Source of the DNA: Candidatus Ratteibacteria bacterium
GTDB taxonomy: Bacteria > Ratteibacteria > UBA8468 > B48-G9 > DTJG01
DNA length: 64,000 nt
NCBI GenBank assembly: GCA_049971295.1
Contig: JBMFLH010000001.1
Span: forward strand, 2,245 to 66,244
Reading direction: 5' to 3'
Made by a program: the position numbers and the translations under genes. This document shows positions 39,888 to 50,852 of the stretch, in pieces; position 1 is the first letter of the stretch, and each line of letters opens with the position of its first letter. Under the pieces are notes generated by a model. It ran no database searches, had not been told where the DNA came from, and saw only the letters and a list, made by a program, of their open reading frames with translations.

Positions 39888-41671
39888 CACAAAAGGATGC
39901 AATGTCAAAAAAGAAAAAAGAACAGAAAAACATCAGTCAGATATCAAAAAATGACGAGGAACCAGGGTTTAAAATACTGGTGATTATCGCATCCATGTTA
40001 TTTTTTGGAATTGCACCTCTTTTGAATTTCAAGCCAGCATATGATTACACCGTAATAAAAGACATCCTTGGCGCATTGTCCATAGCAATTTTTGCCGCGG
40101 CACTTTTTTTAAAAAAAGATTCCATTTCTTTTGGTTCTACAGGATTCTTTGTAGGCACAATATTTTTTACATTCATACTTGCAGGATGTTTTTATGCTCC
40201 TGTAAAATATGGAGCAGCTCAAGCTCTTGAAAACTACCTTCTGTACTATCTATTGTTCATCATGGGCCTATTGTGGAAATGGGATAAGAAAGATGCCTTT
40301 ATATGGGCGTCAGCAATGATAATCGCCTCTATCACCGCATTTGTTCAGTATCCCAAAACCCATTATCCTATATCCACTTTCGGTAACCCGAATTTTTTTG
40401 CCGGACATTTACTAATGCCTCTGTTCCTCAGTCTTTATTTTTTCAAGAAGAAATACAATACCATAGCAATTCCTTATCTTATCATAACACTGGCTGCACT
40501 GATTCTTACAAAATCAAGAGCATCACTTTTTGCATTACTGGTCGCCTGTTCGTTCGCATCATTCCTACTTTTGCAAAAACACAGAATCCAATGGTTAAAA
40601 TACGCCGGTTTTTTATTAGTGATACTTACTTCAGCCATATTATGGAACAAAATTTTGACCCAATTTCAACAGGATATTAGATACTACATATGGCGGGGCA
40701 CCTGGAACCTGATTAAGGCGCATATTATAACAGGTTGGGGGACAGGTAATTTTATCTTTTACTATCCATATTTTCGCTTTAGAGAATACTTTCTCAGACC
40801 ACAGGCAACCCCAATCACCAATCATCCTCACTGTCAGTACCTTGAAATATGGTCAGAAAATGGCATCATCGGAGTATTACTTTTCCTTCTTATAATAGGA
40901 ATGGCAATTTACAATGGATTGAAAGTAAAAGATGAAGAATCACATAATATTTTTCTTTTTGCGTCAACCGGAATCATCGCTGTGCTTATTGACAATATCC
41001 TTTCTACCAATTTAACAAACACTTCCACTGCGATGTATTTCTGGTTCCTTATCGGGCTGTGTTTTAGTTTAAAAAACTCAAATATTGTTGTAATATCAAA
41101 CTCTTACAAAAAAATCACTGCTGGAGTTATAATGTTATCAATGATTGTACTTGCGGGATGGAAAACCTCTTATCGTCTGGTTCCTGAGGTTTATTTAAAA
41201 AGGGCAATAACAGCAAGGGAAGCAAACGATTTTCTGTCAGCCATTGAAAATTATAAAAAAGTGTGTAAAATAAATCCGTATAATGTGGTCGCTCTTTATA
41301 AAATGGCTTTTGCGTACGGACAGATTGGCGATATTAAAAATGCCGAGGAAATTTATTTAAAGATCAATAATAGCCTTTTTCCTCATTTTGCGAAGACCGA
41401 TGCTAATCTTGGGACGCTTTATATGCAAATGCAGAAATTTGAAATGGCAAAATTTTATTATGAAACGGCTCTATGGTTTAATCCATACGATGTTGATGTG
41501 TTGCTTGGCCTGGTTTCCATCAAAATATATCACGAAAAAGATATTGAAGGTGCAAAAACATACCTAAAAAGAGTTATATCAATAAATCCGAACCAGGAAT
41601 ATGTTCAATATCTGTTGAAAAATATACCTGAATTGAAAAATATGGTCATAAACGAAACCAAAAACAGATAA
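39884..41671 (+). CDS. O-antigen ligase/polymerase-like (Wzy_C/WaaL) membrane protein with C-terminal TPR repeats
   Basis: More than 10 TM with a Wzy_C-like loop (HNIFLFASTGIIAVL). C-terminal roughly 180 aa contain TPR-like repeats (AIENYKKVCKINPYNVVALYKMAFAY...). Confidence 0.65.
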   Translation: MTQKDAMSKKKKEQKNISQISKNDEEPGFKILVIIASMLFFGIAPLLNFKPAYDYTVIKDILGALSIAIFAAALFLKKDSISFGSTGFFVGTIFFTFILAGCFYAPVKYGAAQALENYLLYYLLFIMGLLWKWDKKDAFIWASAMIIASITAFVQYPKTHYPISTFGNPNFFAGHLLMPLFLSLYFFKKKYNTIAIPYLIITLAALILTKSRASLFALLVACSFASFLLLQKHRIQWLKYAGFLLVILTSAILWNKILTQFQQDIRYYIWRGTWNLIKAHIITGWGTGNFIFYYPYFRFREYFLRPQATPITNHPHCQYLEIWSENGIIGVLLFLLIIGMAIYNGLKVKDEESHNIFLFASTGIIAVLIDNILSTNLTNTSTAMYFWFLIGLCFSLKNSNIVVISNSYKKITAGVIMLSMIVLAGWKTSYRLVPEVYLKRAITAREANDFLSAIENYKKVCKINPYNVVALYKMAFAYGQIGDIKNAEEIYLKINNSLFPHFAKTDANLGTLYMQMQKFEMAKFYYETALWFNPYDVDVLLGLVSIKIYHEKDIEGAKTYLKRVISINPNQEYVQYLLKNIPELKNMVINETKNR

Positions 41672-41683
41672 AAAGGAGTAGAG

Positions 41684-41881
41684 ATGAAGTGTGAAATATG
41701 CGGTAAGAGTCCAAAAACAGGCAATAATGTTAGTCATTCAAATGTAAAAACAAGAAGAACGTGGAAACCCAATGTCCAGAAATTGCTTGTTGAATACCAG
41801 GGAAAAACAAAACGATTGGCTATATGTACACAGTGCCTGAAGTCAGGAAAAGTAAAAAGGCCTCAAAAAGTTTCTGAATAA
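41684..41881 (+). CDS. rpmB: 50S ribosomal protein L28
   Basis: [33 protein letters not shown] is a close L28 match. Confidence 0.85.
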   Translation: MKCEICGKSPKTGNNVSHSNVKTRRTWKPNVQKLLVEYQGKTKRLAICTQCLKSGKVKRPQKVSE

Positions 41882-43476
41882 TCTTTTATGTCAAACCAGG
41901 GAATGTAAAGTCCCTCTGATTTTCTCAAATGCGGAACGAAGGTTATTGATACAGCCCTGCCTGGCATTCTAAAGCTTCTTGGAAAGTGTGCTTCAAACAT
42001 TTTATTGCCTTGTTTAATCCACACGACTGTTCTATTACTCTTACATCTGGTAATTTTTAAACACTCAACCGGATATGACGTGAAAAGTACAGGCGGATTA
42101 CCAGGACCAAATGGTTTTAGCCGCTGAATGTTCTCAAGTGCAGAAATCGTAAGCATTTCAAAATCCACTTTCAACGATTTTGCAGATGGATTTGAAGAAA
42201 TTTTATGAAGTTTTAATTGTTTCCAGACTTGCTTAAGCTCGTTTAAAAAGTCAATTTTCATTTTGAAACCAACAGCGTTTCTATGCCCACCAAAGGAAAT
42301 GAAAATATCTTTAAAGTTTTTGAAAAAGTCATAAAGATCTAATCTATCATAACCACGAGCAGACCCTTGAAGGATATTTCCACGTCTGATCGCCGCAAGC
42401 GCAGGCATTTGAAATTTATCGCTCATTCGCGCTGCGAATGTACCAGTAAAAGATACAGGTATGTTTTCAAATATCAAAAACAGTGGACCTTCAGGATTTT
42501 TTAAATTTTCTATAGCACCTGAAAATTTTCTTAAAATTTTTTGTTTTTCTTTCTCAAAAAATTCTATTTCTTCAAAAACAGTTTGAATTTCCTCTTCCTT
42601 ATCTACTGTCAAAACTTTCAATGTCAGTTCAGGTCTTCCAAATCTACCAGGTGTATTTAATTTCGGGTTTAAGTAATGAGTTATTGATTCGATATCACTG
42701 TTTTTCCCTGGCATGTAGAAAAATTCCCTGAATATCTCAATACCCGGAATGCTCGTATTTTCCAGTTCACTCAAACCAATTTTTACTATTTTTCGATTTT
42801 CCCCGGTTAACAATCCATAATCACTGAGTGTTCCGATTGTTGCAAGCTCTATACTTGGCAAAAAAATTTCATCAGGAAAAAATGGGGAAAATCCTCTGAG
42901 AGCCTGTATCATTTTAAAAGCAAGCCCTGAAGCAGTCAACATATCAAAGCTAAAGTCGTCTCTGCCAAGTGATGGATTGATAATAACACCACATTTTAAA
43001 CTCTTAGGCACATGACCTTTATGATGGTCAATGATAATAAGTGGAAAATTTGATTGTTCACAGTATTCAATGAGTTCACTTGAAGTTGTACCAGTATCAA
43101 TCGTAATCAATAATCCATAACCGAGCGCCCTCAATCGATCTATAAAATCTGGTTCAATTTCATAATCCTCAAGTCTATGGGTGAGTTTGATGTCAAAAGG
43201 AATTTTCATCCTCTTAAACAAATTCACAAACATAGAAGCGCCGGCAATTCCATCTACATCTCCATCTGCGTATAAAAAAACACTTTTTTTTGAACGAATT
43301 GCGTATTCAAGTATCTTACAACCCTTTTCCATATCACAGATTGAAAAAGGGTCTGCAAGAGAAGAAATGCGTGGATCTAAAAATTCCTGTATTTGCTTGT
43401 GGGTTTTTATGCCCCTCTGATGCAGTATACTGATAACGATTGCCGGTAAATTCCCGACCATAGTATCATTATTCAT
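41863..43476 (-). CDS. recJ: Single-stranded-DNA-specific exonuclease RecJ (DHH/DHHA1)
   Basis: DHH motifs ([28 protein letters not shown]) and a DHHA1 C-terminal region. Confidence 0.8.
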   Translation of the reverse strand: MNNDTMVGNLPAIVISILHQRGIKTHKQIQEFLDPRISSLADPFSICDMEKGCKILEYAIRSKKSVFLYADGDVDGIAGASMFVNLFKRMKIPFDIKLTHRLEDYEIEPDFIDRLRALGYGLLITIDTGTTSSELIEYCEQSNFPLIIIDHHKGHVPKSLKCGVIINPSLGRDDFSFDMLTASGLAFKMIQALRGFSPFFPDEIFLPSIELATIGTLSDYGLLTGENRKIVKIGLSELENTSIPGIEIFREFFYMPGKNSDIESITHYLNPKLNTPGRFGRPELTLKVLTVDKEEEIQTVFEEIEFFEKEKQKILRKFSGAIENLKNPEGPLFLIFENIPVSFTGTFAARMSDKFQMPALAAIRRGNILQGSARGYDRLDLYDFFKNFKDIFISFGGHRNAVGFKMKIDFLNELKQVWKQLKLHKISSNPSAKSLKVDFEMLTISALENIQRLKPFGPGNPPVLFTSYPVECLKITRCKSNRTVVWIKQGNKMFEAHFPRSFRMPGRAVSITFVPHLRKSEGLYIPWFDIKDYSETF

Positions 43477-43717
43477 TTTCCATCATTTTCTTAATCTCAT
43501 CTATCGAAAGATCAGACGGTTTAATACCTTCAAACTTATTCTCACCAATCACCAGCGCTGGTATTTTTGTAAACCCCATCAAAGTAAACTCAGCCAGATT
43601 GTCAGGGTTTTCCGTATCAAAATATGTAAATGGAATATTAAAATTCTCCAGTTTCTTTTTCCAGCCCTGACATAAACCGCAATCCTGTTTTCCAAATAGT
43701 AAAATATTTTTTCCCAT
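43469..43717 (-). CDS. Glutaredoxin/thioredoxin-fold small redox protein
   Basis: 82 aa with CGLC redox motif (GKQDCGLCQGWKK). Confidence 0.55.
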   Translation of the reverse strand: MGKNILLFGKQDCGLCQGWKKKLENFNIPFTYFDTENPDNLAEFTLMGFTKIPALVIGENKFEGIKPSDLSIDEIKKMMENE

Positions 43718-43739
43718 ATCTACCTCCGGAATTCAATGA

Positions 43740-44210
43740 TTACTTATCCGTTTTTTCAACATACCTTACATCAATAAACGCTTCTTCAAGCATGGCCTTG
43801 GCGAGTTTATCGGGGTAACCTTCAAAAATTACCACTTCCTTTATACCTGCGTTAATAATCATTTTTGCACACACTGAACATGGATGACAGGTAACATAAA
43901 GCACGCTGTCTTTTATGCTCACACCATGATACGCTGCCTGAATAATAGCATTCTGTTCTGCATGAAGACCTCTGCATAATTCGTGACGTTCTCCTGATGG
44001 TACACCAAGTTTTTCTCTAAGGCAAGTTGTTTTTTCACAGTGCGCCACACCAGAAGGTGCACCATTGTACCCGGTAGCAAGAATTCTTTTTTCCTTAACC
44101 AGAACCGCACCAACTTTTCGCCTGAGACAGGTTGACCGTTCACTAACAATGTGCGCGATTTTCATAAAATATTCATCCCAGGAAGGTCTTGAATTTTTTT
44201 TCATTGTCAT
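43740..44210 (-). CDS. dCMP deaminase (ComEB/CDA family)
   Basis: Zn-binding HAEQNAI...[11 protein letters not shown] deaminase motifs. Confidence 0.8.
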   Translation of the reverse strand: MTMKKNSRPSWDEYFMKIAHIVSERSTCLRRKVGAVLVKEKRILATGYNGAPSGVAHCEKTTCLREKLGVPSGERHELCRGLHAEQNAIIQAAYHGVSIKDSVLYVTCHPCSVCAKMIINAGIKEVVIFEGYPDKLAKAMLEEAFIDVRYVEKTDK

Positions 44211-45439
44211 TCGGGATAAATGGGGAATTGTGAAGCAAATGTTTTCACCCGTTTTCTAATAGCAGACAGCTTACCAGAATCATTCGCAAAATGCAATGCT
44301 TCATCTATGAAATCGAGAATTTTTTCAATATCTTTTTTTTTCATTCCTCTTGTGGTAATTGCAGCTGTTCCTATACGAATACCGCTTGCAATATTCGGTG
44401 GTAGCGGATCATAAGGTATTGCATTCCGATTAACAGTAATTCCCGCTGCTCCAAGAGCCCTTTGAGCAGTTTCACCTGTAATTTTCTTATTGCGAAGGTC
44501 AATAAGTATTAAATGATTATCAGTGCCACCAGTGACGAGACGATAATTTCTTTCAATCAAGCCTTTCGCCATTAATGAGCAGTTTTCAAGAATCTGTTTT
44601 TGATAGATGCGGAATTTCTTGTTCATTGCCTCTTTGAACGCAACTGCCTTTCCTGCAATCACATGTATCAAAGGCCCTCCCTGTATCCCAGGGAATACTG
44701 TTTTATCAATTATCTGCGCAAACGCTTTCTTACATAAAATAAATCCGCCTCTCGGTCCCCTGAGGGTTTTATGCGTGGTCCCTGTCACAAATTCTACGTA
44801 ATCGACCGGCGAAGGATGCAATTCCGCGGCAATGATTCCTGCGATATGCGCAATATCAGCACAAAGATATGCTCCCACACTTTTGGCAATGTTAGAAAAT
44901 TTTTTAAAGTCAATAGTCCTTGGATAAGAGCTGGCTCCGCAAATAATTAATTTTGGTTTCACTCTTTCAGAAATTCTCAAAATTTCGTCATAGTTAAGTT
45001 GTTCTGTTTCCCTGTTAACACCATAATAAAACGGTTTGAAAATCATTCCTGAAAAATTAACTTTTGTACCATGAGTAAGATGTCCACCTGCAGCAAGGTC
45101 CATGCCAAGTATCACGTCCCCTGGTTTTAGCGTGGCAAGATAAACAGCCATATTCGCCTGACTTCCTGCATGTGGCTGAACATTTGCATGTTCCGCATTA
45201 AAAAGCTTTTTCGCGCGCTCGATAGCAATACTTTCAATCTCATCCACATTTTCACAACCATCATAGTACCTTTTTCCAGGAAATCCCTCTGCGTATTTGT
45301 TGGTCAAAATTGACCCAACCGCCGCGAGAACCGCTTTGCTCACATAGTTTTCAGAAGCAATAAGATTAATAGTCTCCCGTTCCCTCTGCATCTCACGCTT
45401 TATTAATAAAAAGATATCTGCGTCAGTATTTTTGACCAT
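44207..45439 (-). CDS. glyA: Serine hydroxymethyltransferase
   Basis: 410 aa; PLP-site [14 protein letters not shown] and the conserved SHMT N-terminus. Confidence 0.95.
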   Translation of the reverse strand: MVKNTDADIFLLIKREMQRERETINLIASENYVSKAVLAAVGSILTNKYAEGFPGKRYYDGCENVDEIESIAIERAKKLFNAEHANVQPHAGSQANMAVYLATLKPGDVILGMDLAAGGHLTHGTKVNFSGMIFKPFYYGVNRETEQLNYDEILRISERVKPKLIICGASSYPRTIDFKKFSNIAKSVGAYLCADIAHIAGIIAAELHPSPVDYVEFVTGTTHKTLRGPRGGFILCKKAFAQIIDKTVFPGIQGGPLIHVIAGKAVAFKEAMNKKFRIYQKQILENCSLMAKGLIERNYRLVTGGTDNHLILIDLRNKKITGETAQRALGAAGITVNRNAIPYDPLPPNIASGIRIGTAAITTRGMKKKDIEKILDFIDEALHFANDSGKLSAIRKRVKTFASQFPIYPE

Positions 45440-47519
45440 TTTTTATATCCTCTTCCCTGATATATGAAAAATCTGCAAATTTGAGAAAAACATCATTGAA
45501 TTTTTTTAATAGAGCGAGACGATTATTTCTTACATCTTCCCGGGGACACATAACAAGAACACTATCAAAGAAATTATCAACCGGTGTTTTTAAATCTGAC
45601 AAAATTTTCAAAAAATCATCATATTTACCTTGTTCAAGCAATGCTTCAGATTTTTTTGCATAATTATGATAAACATCCGCAAGAATTCGTTCTCCGGCTT
45701 CTTCAATCAAATCATGATTGAAATCAGGAATCTTAATTTTTCTCTCCTGTGCCTGTCTTAAAATGTTAGCGATACGGGTGACCGGAATTAATATTTGCTC
45801 TGCATCACGATGGGTTTTGATAAAATTTTTCAGTGCTTCCAGTTTCTTCCTCACTTTTAGAAAATTCATCTCGTCAATTGCCAGAACACTTCTCCGTAAC
45901 CCTCTCGGAAAGGTTTCAGATTCAAGATGAGCTTCATATCTTTGCATAAGGAATGCATCAATCTTTGAAGCTACAGAAATTTTTTCATCTGAAGAAATAT
46001 CATAATATTCAAGCGCCTGTCTCACAATCTTGCAATAATCATGCTCAAATTCAGATTTGTAAATCAAAGGGAAAAGTCCATTGGCAATTCTTTTTAACCC
46101 ATAAGGGTCTTCCGATCCAGAAACATCAACACCCGCAGATATGAATGCAACTATATAATCAATCCTGTCTATAATTCCGAGAAGAACGCTACATAGGCCC
46201 TGGGGAAGTTTGTCTCCAGGAAATGCCGGACGCATATATTCTGAGATTGTAATACACACCTGGTCACTTTCACCGGAAAGTTTTGCATACATTGCGCCCA
46301 TTATTCCGTGTAAATCCGGAAACTCCCTTACCATTTCTGAGGCGAGATCGTACTTGCAAATTTCAGCCGCCCGAATCAAGGTTTTTTTCTGCTCCGCGTC
46401 CAACCCGACCATCTCAGAAACATCAAAAGCAAGCATCTTTAATCTTTCAACCCTTTTCGCAACAGAACCCCATTTCTGATGAAAAATGATTCTGTTCAAT
46501 TTTTCTTTAAATTCATCAAAAGGAACAGATATGTCGGAATCGTAAAAAAACTGGGCATCGAGAATTCTTGTTCTCAAAAGATTTTCATAATTTACCCTCA
46601 CATCTTTATTATCATTACCGTCGCTAACAACAAAAAATTCTTTTTGCAATTGCCCGTCAACGAAAATTGGAATACCTTTTGCCTTTAATATCAGAACTCT
46701 CAAAACTTCTTGTGGAAGATTACAGTCAACAGACGGAAAATTACACCTTATTACGCGTGGATATTCAATAAGATTTACAACATCATCAATCACAGATTCT
46801 TCAAAATTCTCATTCTTTTTAAGAGATGCCTTGATAAGTTTGAGTATAAATTGTTGTCTTAAATCTTTGTCCAGAAGAACAAAAGAATTCTGAATTTTGT
46901 CAAAGTAATCTTTCCAGTTGAAAATTTTTATCTTGTTCGGACACAAAATTCTATGCCCGTAAGTGTATCCTGAACTTTTGACACCACCAAAATTAACAGC
47001 CAAACTTCGACTCTCAAACATCGCGAGTATCCATCGAACGGGTCTGTAGAATACTTCCTGTGATTCATTCCATCTCATTCCTTTCGGGATGTCAATTTTC
47101 CTAAGTATGCGGATCAATATGTCTGGAATAATACCCTTTGTGGCAATACCCGGTATTGTTTTGATCACAAATACAACACGCTTTCCGTTGATATTCTTAA
47201 CCCTTAACGATGAAACCGGCACGCCATGTGCTTTTGCAAAACCACAAGCAGCAATAGTTGGACGACCATCTTTATCAAAAGCATCTTCATATCTCGGACC
47301 TGTAATTTCTTTGCGTTCAGGAGCAATTTTTGAAGGCAGCCCTTTAACAAAAATGACAAACCTTCGAGGCGTGAAGAAAAACAATATATCGTGTGCACTC
47401 AGTTTGTAATTACTTAGTTCATCAATAAATAATGGCCTGAATCTGCTTATAAAATGCTCCCCTGACCAAGAGGGCAAATCCTCACATCCAATCTCTATTA
47501 AAAGGTTTTCTGCTTGCAT
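45423..47519 (-). CDS. glyS: Glycine--tRNA ligase beta subunit
   Basis: N-terminus MQAENLLIEIGCEDLP and the PKGMRW motif match GlyS. Start set at ATG 47519 behind a GGAG RBS. Confidence 0.85.
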   Translation of the reverse strand: MQAENLLIEIGCEDLPSWSGEHFISRFRPLFIDELSNYKLSAHDILFFFTPRRFVIFVKGLPSKIAPERKEITGPRYEDAFDKDGRPTIAACGFAKAHGVPVSSLRVKNINGKRVVFVIKTIPGIATKGIIPDILIRILRKIDIPKGMRWNESQEVFYRPVRWILAMFESRSLAVNFGGVKSSGYTYGHRILCPNKIKIFNWKDYFDKIQNSFVLLDKDLRQQFILKLIKASLKKNENFEESVIDDVVNLIEYPRVIRCNFPSVDCNLPQEVLRVLILKAKGIPIFVDGQLQKEFFVVSDGNDNKDVRVNYENLLRTRILDAQFFYDSDISVPFDEFKEKLNRIIFHQKWGSVAKRVERLKMLAFDVSEMVGLDAEQKKTLIRAAEICKYDLASEMVREFPDLHGIMGAMYAKLSGESDQVCITISEYMRPAFPGDKLPQGLCSVLLGIIDRIDYIVAFISAGVDVSGSEDPYGLKRIANGLFPLIYKSEFEHDYCKIVRQALEYYDISSDEKISVASKIDAFLMQRYEAHLESETFPRGLRRSVLAIDEMNFLKVRKKLEALKNFIKTHRDAEQILIPVTRIANILRQAQERKIKIPDFNHDLIEEAGERILADVYHNYAKKSEALLEQGKYDDFLKILSDLKTPVDNFFDSVLVMCPREDVRNNRLALLKKFNDVFLKFADFSYIREEDIKNGQKY

Positions 47520-47553
47520 ATTGTTCTCCAAAATGAAACCATTGTACACTCGG

Positions 47554-48576
47554 CTACATAAAATTATACATCTTTTTTTTCACTACTGACAAATAAAGGA
47601 TGAAAAAAATCGCTAAAATTCCATGTGATATCCAGGGTGCAATCTGCCAGGGAATGATCTCTGCTTTACCAAGAGAAAGGCTGGAAGAATACAATGAATA
47701 GGTAACCAGTGTTCCAGCAAAGGCGACAATGAAAATTCTGGTCTTTGTCACAAATTTCCGATAGTAAAAAAATGGAAATAAAATCAAAATGATAAAAATG
47801 TTCAGTGCCGGATATGATATTTTTGAATAAAGAAAGATCCAGTCAGATTTTGATATAATACCCACTAATGCAACATTTTTCAATAATCTGCGTAATTTAA
47901 AAAATGCTAATCTTTCAGGAAAACCTGCTGCATAAAAAAGAAGTAACCGTGGATCAAAATCAGTATTTATAACAAATTGCTGGAAATATTGCGAAACTTT
48001 GTCTCCATTCATAACATTCCCATCATAGAGAATGATACTTTTTTCAAGAAAAATCGCCTTCCTCGCATGATAGGAAATATTGAAGTTCCTTCCTTCCAGG
48101 ATAATAACATTCATCGCGGTATTTGGTCGTTTGTAATTTTCTGCCCAGAAACATATTTTTTCTGTCAGAACACTCAGTGAGTCAGTTTTCTTCCCCACAT
48201 TTCTTACTTCTTCCTGATAGGGCGTAAGACATCCTGCAACCAGAGAAAACAAAAAACAAAGGAAACCAAAAATCACAAATATTCTGAATATCTGAAGTTC
48301 AGAAACGCCCTTTAATTCAAAAATAGAAATCTGTTTGAATTTTTCCATTTCAGAAAACACAAAGAAAGCACTTAATAACGTGATAAATGGAATAATCACA
48401 AGAAAATTATCATAGAAATTCATCACACAATCTTTCCACAAAAAACCAGTTGAATGTCTCGCATCCGCAAGTGTCCAGAATATTTGCAAAACAAATAGCA
48501 GCAATGAACACGCAATAAGCAAAACTACAAAAAACTTAAATAGGTATGACAGTATATATCTTTCTCTAAATAACAT
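47554..48576 (-). CDS. lptG: LPS export permease, YjgP/YjgQ family (LptG-like)
   Basis: 6-TM permease with a periplasmic beta-jellyroll insert. Paired with the upstream paralog. Confidence 0.65.
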   Translation of the reverse strand: MLFRERYILSYLFKFFVVLLIACSLLLFVLQIFWTLADARHSTGFLWKDCVMNFYDNFLVIIPFITLLSAFFVFSEMEKFKQISIFELKGVSELQIFRIFVIFGFLCFLFSLVAGCLTPYQEEVRNVGKKTDSLSVLTEKICFWAENYKRPNTAMNVIILEGRNFNISYHARKAIFLEKSIILYDGNVMNGDKVSQYFQQFVINTDFDPRLLLFYAAGFPERLAFFKLRRLLKNVALVGIISKSDWIFLYSKISYPALNIFIILILFPFFYYRKFVTKTRIFIVAFAGTLVTYSLYSSSLSLGKAEIIPWQIAPWISHGILAIFFILYLSVVKKKMYNFM

Positions 48577-49639
48577 GCAAGAATTTCCTTTTTATGGCAA
48601 TAATGATAAGGATAAAAATTATTGGAGTCACAAAAAACAAAAAACTATTATTGGCTTTCAATGCAATACCCTCACCAATAAGAATTATAAAATAAGACCC
48701 GAGCCCTATGCAAAGACCAATCCCGAGTATCTGTAAATATCCTATCGCCCTGATCCCTATACCAGCATAAAACCCCACAAATACATAAAATAAAGGCAGC
48801 ATTAAAAGGAAAATTCTTTTGAAAAGGATCAATAAGATTTCATTCTTGTTTGTTTGGGTAACAGTTGTAGTTAAAAGCATAAGAAAATCCATTTCCTTGA
48901 TTTTTCTCTGGGGAAAAACATCCACAATTTTTCTATACGGTAGAGAAAATGAATATACATCAAAATACGCCTTCATAAACAGTCGTGCATTTTTTATGGA
49001 ATGCGTTTCAAAAAAACCATTCTCAAGGAAAAGGTAAAGAAACCCTTCTTTATCTATGCGCAAATGGGCCTTTTCTGCCTTAATCAGACATACAGAATCA
49101 GAACCCTCCCTGTAACAAATCAATATGTTGTAAAAATTTTTGTTTATCACCTTACCAATATACATGGTCAATCCAGGAAAATCCCTAATCAGTGTTTGGC
49201 TTCTGAACAACTTCATTGGCTCATCAAGGTGAGCCTGATTCAGTAATAACTTCTTTTTGTACATTGAATTGGGGGATAGAAAAAAACATAGCCACGAACC
49301 CAAAAAAACAAATATTATCGCCGGCAACATAAAGTATCTGATAAGCTGATTTGCTGAAATCCCTGATGTCAACAAAATCCAGTACTCTCTCTCCATGTTT
49401 ATTCGTGCAACAGTCCCAGCTACAGATGTCAAAAAGGAGAGAGAAACAATATCCGGACATATCTCAAAAAAGGAGAATACAAAAAATTTCACAACAGTTA
49501 CAGGAGTAAAAAAATGGTTTATAATTAAATCTGTGAACCATAAAAGGACTCTAAGCATAAAAATAAATGTAAATATAAAAAAGGCAACCACATAAAAATT
49601 GAAAAATTCTGTATAAAGATATTTTTTTTGTAATCTCAT
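48566..49639 (-). CDS. lptF: LPS export permease, YjgP/YjgQ family (LptF-like)
   Basis: Paralogous YjgP/YjgQ architecture. Overlaps lptG by 11 bp. Confidence 0.65.
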   Translation of the reverse strand: MRLQKKYLYTEFFNFYVVAFFIFTFIFMLRVLLWFTDLIINHFFTPVTVVKFFVFSFFEICPDIVSLSFLTSVAGTVARINMEREYWILLTSGISANQLIRYFMLPAIIFVFLGSWLCFFLSPNSMYKKKLLLNQAHLDEPMKLFRSQTLIRDFPGLTMYIGKVINKNFYNILICYREGSDSVCLIKAEKAHLRIDKEGFLYLFLENGFFETHSIKNARLFMKAYFDVYSFSLPYRKIVDVFPQRKIKEMDFLMLLTTTVTQTNKNEILLILFKRIFLLMLPLFYVFVGFYAGIGIRAIGYLQILGIGLCIGLGSYFIILIGEGIALKANNSFLFFVTPIIFILIIIAIKRKFLHVI

Positions 49640-50285
49640 GGCTTTAAAAAAGGTAAAATTTTTATTATTTCATCATATCACAGACCTGGTTTTTCCAGAA
49701 AAATGCTGCGGATGCGGACGGCAGACCGCGATTGCAAAATATTGCTTCTGTGATGATTGTATTAACCATATTACAATTGCCCCATCGTTACATGGACGAA
49801 TCTTTTCGCTTGCCATATACGAAGGACCTGTAATGAAGGCAATTCACGCATTCAAGTATGAAAAAAAGAAATGGATTGCACGTTCTTTTGCTGCATGGAT
49901 GCACGACTTTCTTATCCAACATCCAGAAATCCAGTTTGATATCATTATTCCAGTACCATTGCACCCAGTAAAAGAGTTTAAAAGATCGTTTAACCAGAGC
50001 TGGCTGATGGCATTTTATCTCGGTAAGATGCAAAGAAAGCCAGCTATTTATCATGCTCTTGTAAAAATCAGAAATAATCGCTCGCAAACAAACTTAACCA
50101 GCGATAAAAGAAAAGAAAATGTCGAAGGCGTGTATAGGGTTAGCAAGATCCCCATCATTAAAGACAAAAAAATTCTTCTCATCGATGACGTCTATACAAC
50201 AGGTGCAACTATTGAGGAAGCATATAGAACTCTGAAAAGAAACGGAGCCAGAGAAGTAAAGGCGTTGACAATAGCAAAGGCGTAA
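49638..50285 (+). CDS. comF: ComF-family phosphoribosyltransferase-domain protein
   Basis: N-terminal Cys pairs (CCGCGRQ...CFCDDC); PRTase motif LLIDDVYTTGATI. Confidence 0.7.
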   Translation: MALKKVKFLLFHHITDLVFPEKCCGCGRQTAIAKYCFCDDCINHITIAPSLHGRIFSLAIYEGPVMKAIHAFKYEKKKWIARSFAAWMHDFLIQHPEIQFDIIIPVPLHPVKEFKRSFNQSWLMAFYLGKMQRKPAIYHALVKIRNNRSQTNLTSDKRKENVEGVYRVSKIPIIKDKKILLIDDVYTTGATIEEAYRTLKRNGAREVKALTIAKA

Positions 50286-50302
50286 TAAGAATTTACGGAT
50301 TT

Positions 50303-50331
50303 TTGACCGCAAAACCAATTTCTTGTAAAAT
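50303..50331 (+). promoter_or_regulatory. Candidate sigma70 promoter (TTGACC-N17-TAAAAT) upstream of leuD
   Basis: TTGACC 50303-50308 and TAAAAT 50326-50331. The leuD start at 50352 carries a GGAAGGAGG RBS. Confidence 0.4.
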
Positions 50332-50351
50332 ATGTAATTTGGAAGGAGGAA

Positions 50352-50852
50352 ATGATGATCCTAACCGGGAAGTCCCACAAATTTGGCGATGACATTAATA
50401 CTGACTATATTATTTCAGGGCGATACAAATTCAAAACTTTGGATATGACTGAACTTGCGTCTCATATATTTGAAGATATTGACCCCGATTTTTCAAAAAA
50501 GCTCAATCCAGGAGATTTCATCATCGCGGGGAATAACTTTGGATGTGGTTCTTCACGCGAACAAGCTGTTCTGGCTTTAAAACATGCAAAAATTGGAGCC
50601 ATCATTGCAAAAAGTTTCGCCAGAATTTTTTTCAGAAACGGAATAAACGTAGGACTTATTTTGATAGAAGCAAATACAGACTTAATTTCTCAAGGCGATC
50701 GTTTAGAAGTCGACCTGACGAAAGGGCAAATCTTTAACGAAACTCAGAATATTTATATTCCAGTTAAGCCGCTACCGGATTTCTTGCTTAAAATCATAAA
50801 TGAGGGTGGCATTATTAACTATCTCAAAAAATACAAGGACTTCCAAATATGA
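50352..50852 (+). CDS. leuD: 3-isopropylmalate dehydratase small subunit (LeuD, short archaeal/Thermotoga-type)
   Basis: 166 aa; HKFGDDINTDYIISGRY and the GNNFGCGSSREQA aconitase swivel-domain motif. Confidence 0.8.
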   Translation: MMILTGKSHKFGDDINTDYIISGRYKFKTLDMTELASHIFEDIDPDFSKKLNPGDFIIAGNNFGCGSSREQAVLALKHAKIGAIIAKSFARIFFRNGINVGLILIEANTDLISQGDRLEVDLTKGQIFNETQNIYIPVKPLPDFLLKIINEGGIINYLKKYKDFQI

